A stretch of 15,587 nucleotides of DNA, taken from contig JANLSU010000114.1 of the NCBI GenBank assembly GCA_031362565.1, positions 1 through 15,587 of the forward strand. Reading direction: 5' to 3'. The notes under the pieces were generated by a model, which saw only the letters and a program-made list of their open reading frames with translations, made no database searches and was not told the origin of the DNA. Every line of letters starts with the position of its first letter. Position 1 is the stretch's first letter. The position numbers and the translations under genes were made by a program. This DNA comes from a bacterium. Its GTDB lineage: Bacteria > Krumholzibacteriota > Krumholzibacteriia > G020349025. Shown here piece after piece: positions 1 to 7,309 of this stretch.

Positions 1-54
1 GTTTCCGCCGGCCACACAGTGGACATCAGCGTTACGGTGCAACCGCATCCGTGA
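1..54 (+). CDS. Possible 3' end of an upstream gene (…VSAGHTVDISVTVQPHP*)
   Basis: Frame 1 is open from base 1 to TGA at 52-54. The peptide has a beta-strand-like alternation typical of Ig/carboxypeptidase-regulatory-like domain ends, but it is too short to identify. Confidence 0.35.
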   Translation, partial: VSAGHTVDISVTVQPHP

Positions 55-78
55 ACGATTCGTTCACCAAGCAACGAC

Positions 79-987
79 CTGCAGCATCAGCTCATGGAAG
101 GGCGCGAGATGTATCTCGAGGTCGGCAAGATCCCGGTGCATGAAGGGACTTGGGCCTCGCGCACTTACTCGGACAAGAACCCGCTCATGGGTGTGCCGCT
201 CGCCTACTATTGCAAGTCGACATTGCCCTTCCGGCAGGTGCCGCGCGACCTCGATCAGTTGGTCGCGCAGCGTGGCCGTGGCCAGAGCGGCGTCAACTAT
301 ACGAATCTGGACGGCACCCCGCGCGGCACCGCGTGGGCGAGTTTGCCGATTCTCTACGACAACTGCTGGGACTACGGCGCGTTCTTGCTGGGTGCCGGGG
401 CGCGCTACGACTACGCGTTCGGCGTCAGCACGGGGTCTACCGGCGCCCCAGTCCCGGGCCCCGACACCAACGGCAGCCTGGGGCTGCACGCCCGGCTCGG
501 GTTCGCGCCGACGGCAGCGCTCAAGCTGCACGTTTCATTCGCGCGCGGCGCCTATCTCTTCGACGAGGTGCAGGCCTTTCTGCCCGTCAACGCGCGGGCC
601 CGCGACTACGCGCAGACGGTCGTTGGCGGCAGCGTCGAGTGGGGCTGGCGGCATTTGACAATCAATAGCGAAGTGTTCCACAACCAGTTCGAGACGCCGG
701 TCCGCAGCGGCGGTCTTGGGAGTGTTGCGGGGTATTTCGAATCGGTCTACACGGTGTCGCCCGGATGGTATGTGGCGGGGCGCTTCGACGCGATGCGTTT
801 CGCCAGCGTCACGACCAGTAGCGGCACCCAAACGTGGGACGAGAACGTCCAGCGCTTGGAGGGCGGCGTCGGCTACCACGCGAGCCGGGATCTGCTGCTA
901 AAGGCGGTCGGCCAGGTGTACGAGCGCGGTAATGACTGGCAATGGAAGGGCCTGCTGCCGGCGCTGCAGATGTCGTTCCGGTACTGA
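79..987 (+). pseudogene. Outer-membrane beta-barrel (porin-like) hypothetical protein, apparently lacking its N-terminus (ORF track start 94)
   Basis: Amphipathic strands rich in aromatic residues (YDYAFGVS, LKLHVSFARG, WYVAGRFD, EGGVGYH) and a terminal aromatic beta-signal (LQMSFRY*). There is no signal peptide or clear RBS at ATG94, and an in-frame TGA lies at 52-54. Protein-like sequence starts at about LQHQL (79). Confidence 0.6.
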
Positions 988-1014
988 TTCCGCGCCGCGG
1001 ATCTTGACCCTGCC

Positions 1015-1043
1015 TTGCGCTGGCCCGCGTCTCGCGGTACGAT
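1015..1043 (+). promoter_or_regulatory. Putative sigma70 promoter for the beta-propeller gene
   Basis: TTGCGC (1015-1020), 17-bp spacer, TACGAT (1038-1043), upstream of GGAG RBS (1090-1093) and ATG 1099. Confidence 0.5.
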
Positions 1044-1098
1044 CAAGCCATCAGATTTCATCGCCCCGCCAAGGCTTCTCTTTGCCACCGGAGCTGTC

Positions 1099-2037
1099 AT
1101 GACCTCTCGACATCACCGCATCGCGATTCGACTCCTCGGTGCGGCACTCGCCGGCAGCGTCGCCTGGCAGGCCTCTCCGGCGGCGGCCTCCCCCGGATTG
1201 GTGGGAGACCTGTACGTGAGCGGCGACATTTCGAACCGCGTGTTCGAGTACCATGGTACGAGCGGCGCTTTCCAAGGCATTTTCTGTATTCCGGCCGCTT
1301 CCACCGGTGCCATGTCGGTGCATTTCAATGCTGCCGGCACCCGCATGCTCGTCGGCTCCACCGCGAACGGGGTCGAGGAGCGCGACGCGGCGACCGGCGC
1401 CTACATCAAGACCTACGAGCCCTTGGGTGGCTGGCAGTGGGGGGCGATCTACGCTCCGAACGGCAATGTGTTCATCGGCAGCACTGTCACCAACGACATC
1501 CGCGAGTACAACAGCGTGACCGCCGCCTTCGTGCAGGTCATTACCGCGGTGACCGCCCCCGCCGACATGCGCATTGGGCCGAACGGCAACCTGTACATTT
1601 GCTCGTTTGGCGGCGGGTTCGTGCTCGAAGTCAACGCCACGAACGGCAACTTCGTCAGCACCTGGAATACGCCGCCCTCCGCAGCGCCCAACGACATCGC
1701 GTTCCTGCCGAACGGCGAAATCCTGGTCACGGCAATGCGCACGAATGTCGTCTATCACTACGATGCAACCCACACTCTCCTCGGCAGTTTCTGGAACGCC
1801 TTCTGGGGTAATCCGCACGGCATCGTTCTGAGTCCGTGGAACGGCCACATCTTGGTGGCCGACGGCGTGACCGGCCAGGTCCACGAGTTCGACCCCGTGA
1901 CGTTCGCGGAGATCAATGCGGCGTTTCTCGTGCCGCCGCCCGGCGACAAAATCGTCGATCTCGAGTTCAGGCCCGGCGCCGGCCCCGTGCCGGTGACGCC
2001 ACTCGACTGGGGATCGGTCAAGCAGCTGTTCCGCTGA
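1099..2037 (+). CDS. Secreted NHL/Vgb-like beta-propeller protein with C-terminal WGxxKxxFR tail
   Basis: ATG 1099 preceded by GGAG. Sec signal peptide MTSRHHRIAIRLLGAALAGSVAWQASPAAA. About six ~40-aa repeats (GDLYVS, TRMLVGS, PNGNVFIGS, PNGNLYICS, PNGEILVTA, WNGHILVAD), each followed by a V/I-x-E/H-Y/F/R/V-like strand. Ends PVPVTPLDWGSVKQLFR*. Confidence 0.85.
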   Translation: MTSRHHRIAIRLLGAALAGSVAWQASPAAASPGLVGDLYVSGDISNRVFEYHGTSGAFQGIFCIPAASTGAMSVHFNAAGTRMLVGSTANGVEERDAATGAYIKTYEPLGGWQWGAIYAPNGNVFIGSTVTNDIREYNSVTAAFVQVITAVTAPADMRIGPNGNLYICSFGGGFVLEVNATNGNFVSTWNTPPSAAPNDIAFLPNGEILVTAMRTNVVYHYDATHTLLGSFWNAFWGNPHGIVLSPWNGHILVADGVTGQVHEFDPVTFAEINAAFLVPPPGDKIVDLEFRPGAGPVPVTPLDWGSVKQLFR

Positions 2038-2058
2038 GGGCGGACCGGTACGGCGCGA

Positions 2059-2238
2059 TCACGATTGTTCGACGGTCACGGCGGGTTCCTCGCCGTTCAA
2101 ATCGACCGTCACTTGCCACGGCTGGCAGCAGACTTGGCAATCCTCGACGTAGCGCTGCACGGTGCCACCCGAGGCATCGATTTCGATTTCGTTCATCTGC
2201 CAGCAATACGGGCACTGAACGCGAACCGTGTCTTGCAT
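2059..2238 (-). CDS. CPXCG-motif cysteine-rich small protein (Cys_rich_CPXG-like), 59 aa; not in the ORF track
   Basis: Manual translation: MQDTVRVQCPYCWQMNEIEIDASGGTVQRYVEDCQVCCQPWQVTVDLNGEEPAVTVEQS*. It has CPYC and YVEDCxVCCxP motifs characteristic of the family, GGAGG RBS 7 nt upstream of ATG 2238, and TGA at 2061-2059. Confidence 0.9.
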   Translation of the reverse strand: MQDTVRVQCPYCWQMNEIEIDASGGTVQRYVEDCQVCCQPWQVTVDLNGEEPAVTVEQS

Positions 2239-2349
2239 CGTAAGGCCTCCGGGGGGTCGGGCTGCGTCCGGGCCCGCCTGCCGGCGGATGATGCCATATC
2301 CGCGCGCCCAGGCGCGCGGCCTCCCTCGGACGATTGATCGCTCGATCGC

Positions 2350-2378
2350 TTGACGCCACTGACGCCGGCTCCCATATT
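2350..2378 (+). promoter_or_regulatory. Putative sigma70 promoter of the ECF-kinase operon
   Basis: TTGACG (2350-2355), 17-bp spacer, CATATT (2373-2378). It overlaps a tandem TGACGCC repeat (2351-2357, 2360-2366). Confidence 0.55.
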
Positions 2379-2432
2379 TCCGCTTTCTCTAGCCCCTCGG
2401 TTTCGCCCCCGAATCCCTGGAGTGGGCGGCAC

Positions 2433-3056
2433 TTGAGCTGGACGACCACCAACGAGTCTCTCATCGACCGGCTGCGTGACCCGCACGACGAGGCCGCATG
2501 GCGGCGCTTCGATGCGCTGTACGGCGAAGTCATTCTGCGCTACGCAGGTCGCCGCGGGCTGGGGTTTGCCGATGCCGAAGACGTGCGCCAAATCGTTCTC
2601 TTGAGCCTGGTTCGGGCGCTGCCAAACTTCGAATTGCAGCACGAGCGTGGGCGCTTCCGGAGCTACCTGGGGCGCGTCGTCGGCAATGCCGTACAGCGTT
2701 ACCGGGCCCGGCCGTACCGGTTGCGCGAAGTGGTCGAGCCGGACCTCGCGCCGTTCGAAGATCATGCACCCACCGTCGAGTCTTCCGACCTTTGGGAGCG
2801 CGAATGGACGGAGCATCACTTGCGGCGCGCCCTCGAAACGGTGCGCCAGACGTTCGATGCACGTTCGGTCGAGATTTTCGGCCGCTTGCTGCGTGGCGAC
2901 GCGACGGACACCGTGGCATCCGAGTTCAATGCCAGCGAGGAAGCCGTCCACAAAGTGCGGCAACGCGTCCGTGAACGGTTGCGGCAGATCGTCAGCCGCC
3001 AAGTTGCCGACGAAGCGGCGTTTCTGGCTGCTTGGCCGCCCAGGCAAACACCGTGA
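2433..3056 (+). CDS. ECF-family RNA polymerase sigma factor (kinase-associated, planctomycete-like type)
   Basis: N-terminal TTNESLIDRLRDPHDEAAWRRFDALY, region 2 DAEDVRQ…GRFRSYL, and region 4 HTH (TDTVASEFNASEEAVHKVRQRVRERL). Start placed at TTG 2433 because of GGAG at 2419-2422 and the promoter at 2350-2378; the ORF track start at 2334 is probably too long. Confidence 0.9.
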   Translation: MSWTTTNESLIDRLRDPHDEAAWRRFDALYGEVILRYAGRRGLGFADAEDVRQIVLLSLVRALPNFELQHERGRFRSYLGRVVGNAVQRYRARPYRLREVVEPDLAPFEDHAPTVESSDLWEREWTEHHLRRALETVRQTFDARSVEIFGRLLRGDATDTVASEFNASEEAVHKVRQRVRERLRQIVSRQVADEAAFLAAWPPRQTP

Positions 3057-5266
3057 GCCCCCGGCTTGATGGCGCGAGCCGCGACGACCGCCTGCCGCCG
3101 GAGCGCGATCTCGACGCACCCGACTGGCTCGAACGCCTGCGTGCGGCCGACGGTGCGCCAGGAATCGGCACGCTTGGACGTTTCGAGATCCATGGTGAAG
3201 TCGGGCGCGGCGGCCAAGGAGTCGTGTACCGCGCCACCGACCCCGATACCGGCCGCCGTGTCGCCGTCAAACGCTTCGTCACCGCCGGGCGCGGTGGCAC
3301 CGGCGTACATCTGCGGCTCCAAAACGAAATCCTGGCGACTCGCGCCCTCTCTCATCCAGGCGTCGTTCGCATCCTCGGGGTGGAATCGGATGGCGAGTGT
3401 CCGCTTCTGGTGCTCGAATGGATCGACGGGCTGCCGCTCAACGAATGGGCGGCCGGCGACGGGACGCGACCCTCCATCGACGCGATCGTGGAAATGACCG
3501 GGAAGGTCTGCGAGGTGCTGCTGCACGCCCACCAACGCGGCGTGATTCATCGCGATGTGAAACCTTCCAACGTGTTGGTCGACGCCGGCGGGCAGCCGCA
3601 CGTGCTCGATTTTGGCCTCGCGAAACTGGATGGCACGAGTGCCACGACCACCAGCGCCCGTTTCCTGGGAACACTGGCGTACGCGGCGCCGGAACTTGTA
3701 ACGGGCGGGCCCGCAGCGGTGGATGCGCGCTCGGATGTGTACGCCCTCGGCGTCATCCTGCACGAGATGCTCACCGGGCAATTGCCGTACGCGCTCGGGA
3801 CGTCGATTTTTAGTGCCGTCGAAGCGATCCGTGGCGATGAACCGTTGCGCATGCGCGCCGCCGGTGTCGACTCGGCGCTCGAAGCCATCGTGCGCATGGC
3901 GCTCGCGAAGGCGCCGGAAGAACGCTATCAATCGGCCGACGCGCTCTTGGCGGACTTGCGACGCTACCGACGTGGCGAGCCGGTCGAGGCGCGCGGACGT
4001 ACCGCTTGGGAATCGATGCGCGGTTTTGCGCGGCGCCATCCGGGGCCAGTGACGATTGTTGTGACGCTGACCGTCGCATCGTTGGTCTTCGGCACAACGA
4101 TGGCGGTGCTGCATCAACGCCTGCAACGCGCCCTCGCCCGCACCCAACGCATCGACAGTTTCTGGACGGCGGCGTTCGGCGGGCAAGATACGCCGCTCGC
4201 GTGGTCCGAACTCGACGTCGAAGATGTCCTGAACCGCGCTTCGACCCGGGCCACTGCTGAACTGCGTGATGAGCCGGACATCGAATTCGGCGTGCGCACC
4301 TTGCTGGCGCGCCGCTATATCGATCTCGGGCTCTGGCGCGAAGTCGGACGGCAATGTGAGCGCGCCCTGGTCCTGAGCGGCGGGGCGCGTGCCGACGAAA
4401 AACAGTCGGTGATGGCGCTTGCCTATCTCGGCTTTGCGCATTGCCTGACCGGTCATGCAGACGGTGATTCCTTGCTGCATCGCGCCCTCGAACTCGAACA
4501 GGGCCGGCCAGCATCCGATCCGTTGCGCTGCGCCGTGATCCTCAACCTGATCGCCAGGTTCCACTGGGGAGAGCAGCAGCCGCCGAATTTTGCCGCCGCC
4601 GAGATCGACTATCAACAGTGCTTCGCTGCCCTCGGGCGCCGGCCGGGCCCAAGCCATGCGCTCTTGAACGCGTGGCGCGGATTCGCCCGCATGAAGCAAC
4701 TGCAGCAGCAGCCGGCAATCGCGATCCCCGCCTTCGAACGGGCGCTCGTCGTGCTCGATGACTTACCCGACGAACCAGGCGCGATTCGAATCGGCCTTCT
4801 GGAAGGCTATGCCGATGTTTTGGCGCAGGAAACACGCTGGGCCGAAGCCGAGCGCGCCTATCGCAGCGCGATCGAGCTGCGTGGTGGATTACTCGATGAC
4901 CGGTTGCCGCCGTGCTGGGCGATGCTTGCCGGCACCGTGTTCGCGCAGGGCCGGGCCGCCGAAGCGATGCAGCTCTATCACAACGCCATCGTGGCGCGCT
5001 GCGACCGTCTCTGCGAACGCTTCCCGAAGGACCGGGCGCAGTTTCAGCAACAGGCGGCGATCGTCCGGCGCGAGGGGCTGCGGCCCGATCAGGTGGCGCC
5101 GTTCGTCGATCTCTTGCGGCAGCGCGCGCCAGACATCGAACCACTCTTCCGGTATACGGCGGATCACTTGGTCGCCGTGCACCAGACACTCGGCGACTCG
5201 CGAACCGCCGCGGCATTGCGAGCGGCGCTCGATGCGTCGGTTGCGGCGGCGCGGCCGGCAGAGTAG
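3053..5266 (+). CDS. Hanks-type Ser/Thr protein kinase with transmembrane helix and TPR-like C-terminal region
   Basis: Kinase motifs GRGGQGVVY, VAVK, HRDVKPSN, DFGLAK, GTLAYAAPE, DVYALG. TM segment PVTIVVTLTVASLVFGTTMAVL. TPR-like helices (EAERAYRSAIEL, EAMQLYHNAI). GTG 3053 overlaps the sigma TGA (GTGA). Confidence 0.93.
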   Translation: MSPRLDGASRDDRLPPERDLDAPDWLERLRAADGAPGIGTLGRFEIHGEVGRGGQGVVYRATDPDTGRRVAVKRFVTAGRGGTGVHLRLQNEILATRALSHPGVVRILGVESDGECPLLVLEWIDGLPLNEWAAGDGTRPSIDAIVEMTGKVCEVLLHAHQRGVIHRDVKPSNVLVDAGGQPHVLDFGLAKLDGTSATTTSARFLGTLAYAAPELVTGGPAAVDARSDVYALGVILHEMLTGQLPYALGTSIFSAVEAIRGDEPLRMRAAGVDSALEAIVRMALAKAPEERYQSADALLADLRRYRRGEPVEARGRTAWESMRGFARRHPGPVTIVVTLTVASLVFGTTMAVLHQRLQRALARTQRIDSFWTAAFGGQDTPLAWSELDVEDVLNRASTRATAELRDEPDIEFGVRTLLARRYIDLGLWREVGRQCERALVLSGGARADEKQSVMALAYLGFAHCLTGHADGDSLLHRALELEQGRPASDPLRCAVILNLIARFHWGEQQPPNFAAAEIDYQQCFAALGRRPGPSHALLNAWRGFARMKQLQQQPAIAIPAFERALVVLDDLPDEPGAIRIGLLEGYADVLAQETRWAEAERAYRSAIELRGGLLDDRLPPCWAMLAGTVFAQGRAAEAMQLYHNAIVARCDRLCERFPKDRAQFQQQAAIVRREGLRPDQVAPFVDLLRQRAPDIEPLFRYTADHLVAVHQTLGDSRTAAALRAALDASVAAARPAE

Positions 5267-5274
5267 AAATGACC

Positions 5275-5306
5275 CGGCGCGCGTGACCGCTTGGCCACGC
5301 GCGCCG
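5275..5306. terminator. GC-rich hairpin between the convergent kinase and cytochrome genes
   Basis: CGGCGCGCGTG (5275-5285) pairs with CACGCGCGCCG (5296-5306). On the - strand the stem extends to 14 bp with one G:U pair around a 4-nt loop. The U-tract is weak. Confidence 0.5.
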
Positions 5307-5337
5307 CATCGAACAATGCAACCGCAAGCCCCGGGGT

Positions 5338-6339
5338 TCAGGGCGCCGGCGGCACGTGGCAGTCCGGCACGGTGTGGACGAGCGGCGGAATCGTCGTCAC
5401 GTACCAGCCAATATCGAGAGCGTCTTGCGCCGTGAGGCCACCAAACGCTGCCCCTGGTCCCGCCGGCATGGGCGGACAAATCGGTTGGCCGTCGGGGTCG
5501 ATCCCCGTCAACAGGAGCGTTCGTATCTGCTCGGCCGTGTCGCCGATGATGCCGGTCGAGTCAGGCGTGATGTTCGCCGACCAGATGACGGCTGGGAACG
5601 GCGGTGTCGGCACGCCCAGTTCCTCGGCGCCGAAGCCGCGCCCGCCGGCGAAAATACTGTCGAGCTTGACCGGCACCGGCCCCTGTGCAGGCGCCGTGTG
5701 ACATTCGATGCAGACGCCGGCGAAGGCGGCTAGGTACCGGCCGCGCACGGCGTTGTTGTAATGCGGATCGCTCGCAGCCAGCGTCGTCACCGGGATCGAC
5801 GCCGCCGGAATCGGCTGTGCCGCGGTGGTGAACGGGAATCCCAACGGTTGGCGCTCGGGAACCGGGTTGTTGATGGCCGGGATGGAGCGCAAGTAGGCGA
5901 CGACGGCGCTCGCGTCGTCGGCCGTCATGTTGTGGAACACGAAATAGGGCATGATCGGGAAGAGCGGCTCGCCGCTATCGTCGACACCGTTCTGGAAAGC
6001 ATCCTTGATCTGCGCATCGGTCCAGCTCTTCAAGCCGGTCGAATCGGGCGTCAAGTTGGGCGCCCAGATCAACCCGACCGCGCCGTCGAATGGGTCGAGA
6101 TCCGCGAAGGGTGTTCCCGACAGCAGCTTGGTCATGTCGAGCTCACCAGTGATGGTGCGCGGGGTGTGACAATCGATGCACGCCGCAACGTGGTTGACGA
6201 TATAGTTCCCGCGCGCGATCACGGCGGCCTGATCCGGACCGGCGGGATTGTCGTCCCCACACGAAACCACGAAGCCGGCAAGCGCCATGAAGAGCGCCGC
6301 GAAGAGCGCGAATCGGGCATTCCGCGTTCGACCGTTCAC
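5338..6339 (-). CDS. Diheme c-type cytochrome lipoprotein
   Basis: GTG 6339 with GGAGG RBS. Lipoprotein signal (…FAALFMALAGFVVS|CGDD). Two CxxCH motifs (CIDCH 6180-6166, CIECH 5712-5698) in duplicated domains RGxY…CxxCHT…W(A/S)xN(L/I)TPDSTG…MP, with candidate distal Met ligands. Confidence 0.9.
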   Translation of the reverse strand: MNGRTRNARFALFAALFMALAGFVVSCGDDNPAGPDQAAVIARGNYIVNHVAACIDCHTPRTITGELDMTKLLSGTPFADLDPFDGAVGLIWAPNLTPDSTGLKSWTDAQIKDAFQNGVDDSGEPLFPIMPYFVFHNMTADDASAVVAYLRSIPAINNPVPERQPLGFPFTTAAQPIPAASIPVTTLAASDPHYNNAVRGRYLAAFAGVCIECHTAPAQGPVPVKLDSIFAGGRGFGAEELGVPTPPFPAVIWSANITPDSTGIIGDTAEQIRTLLLTGIDPDGQPICPPMPAGPGAAFGGLTAQDALDIGWYVTTIPPLVHTVPDCHVPPAP

Positions 6340-6602
6340 CTTAATCCTCCAATGTCGAGTCTCGAGGGTGTTCACCCCTACTGGTGCCGAAGTTTGGAAT
6401 TCATCGTTGCGTGCCGACGCGCTCCGGATTGTCCCTCTGGGCGCGGTCCTGCGAGCCGCACGTCGGCGCTGCAACGGGGCTGAAGCTTAAAGGCTGGGGC
6501 GGTTCTTGTTCAACGGGGCCCCGGCGGCGACTCGGGCCGCCGGTCATGGGCGGCGTCCGGCAGCGCAGATCGACGATCGTCATGACGCCGCCCGCGGCAC
6601 AC

Positions 6603-7172
6603 CTACCCTCCCATTCGTCGGCGTTTCAATGCGTTCCAGGCGCGCACGAGACCAGGCCGAATGGCGAGATGAATGAGCGCTGACGCCGCGCTGATGATGC
6701 CACTCACAAAAGCAGGTAACACGGCGCCAAACGTAAAACTCATTCCCAGAACAAACCCGAGCACAGACTCGGCCCGGTAGACCGGCAGCAGCACGGCAAG
6801 AACGAGCATGGCTTGGAACAAATACGCCGTAGTGGACTCCAGCTGGTTCGTAAAGCACACGGAAAGAAGGATGCCGAAGAGCAGGGAGCCGCCAAACCCA
6901 CCGGCGATGCGCACCGGCAGCGCTGATCCTGCCGTTGTCTCGGCGGACCGAAGGGCGAGGTGTCTTTGAATGCGACCGCCGAGGAACCAGGTCAGCGCGG
7001 GGAGCAGAGGCAGACTCCACCAATTGGAGATCGCAGGCAAGTCGGAACGACGCAGGAGGTGATGACTTACCACGCCACCATTGAGATGCTGCCAGGTGAG
7101 ATGTGCAAGCTCCGCAAGGGCCACGACTCCAGTGAGGCAAAGGCGCAGCCGATCGTGTTGCTGTTCGCTCAT
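6603..7172 (-). CDS. Hypothetical integral membrane protein (about 5-6 TM helices)
   Basis: ATG 7172 with upstream GGAG. Multiple hydrophobic segments and a His/Trp-rich loop HLTWQHLNGGVVSHHLL…ISNWW. Confidence 0.75.
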   Translation of the reverse strand: MSEQQHDRLRLCLTGVVALAELAHLTWQHLNGGVVSHHLLRRSDLPAISNWWSLPLLPALTWFLGGRIQRHLALRSAETTAGSALPVRIAGGFGGSLLFGILLSVCFTNQLESTTAYLFQAMLVLAVLLPVYRAESVLGFVLGMSFTFGAVLPAFVSGIISAASALIHLAIRPGLVRAWNALKRRRMGG

Positions 7173-7309
7173 GTCTCTGTTTCTCCAGTGACCGCATCAG
7201 AAACCGGGTACCGGGGTCATTGTCCCGTTGAGCGTACTCCCAGAGGTAGGATGGTGGAAGAGGCGGCTGTGCCGGGGTTCCGTCGACCGCGCTGATCGCC
7301 CGCGTCGCA

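Noticed and set aside
52..54. In-frame TGA with adjacent hairpin as possible selenocysteine or readthrough site
   Set aside because: The TGA lies inside the stem rather than upstream of a SECIS-like hairpin, the context is not a redox motif, and the following residues do not look conserved.
1450..1850. Recurring (CC)GAACGGC(A/G/C)A sequences
   Set aside because: They encode the (P)NG turns of propeller blades. They are not CRISPR or independent DNA repeats.
2065..2337. 90-aa + strand ORF (MFDGHGG…)
   Set aside because: Antisense shadow of the CPXCG gene, which has the family motifs and a strong RBS.
2816..4699. 627-aa - strand ORF
   Set aside because: Antisense shadow of the ECF and kinase genes, with no motifs. 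Long shadow ORFs are expected in high-GC DNA.
6340..6474. N-terminal extension of the cytochrome ORF in the track (similarly 1015-1098 and 2334-2432 for other genes)
   Set aside because: Downstream starts have clear RBS motifs and place signal peptides or conserved domains at the N-terminus.
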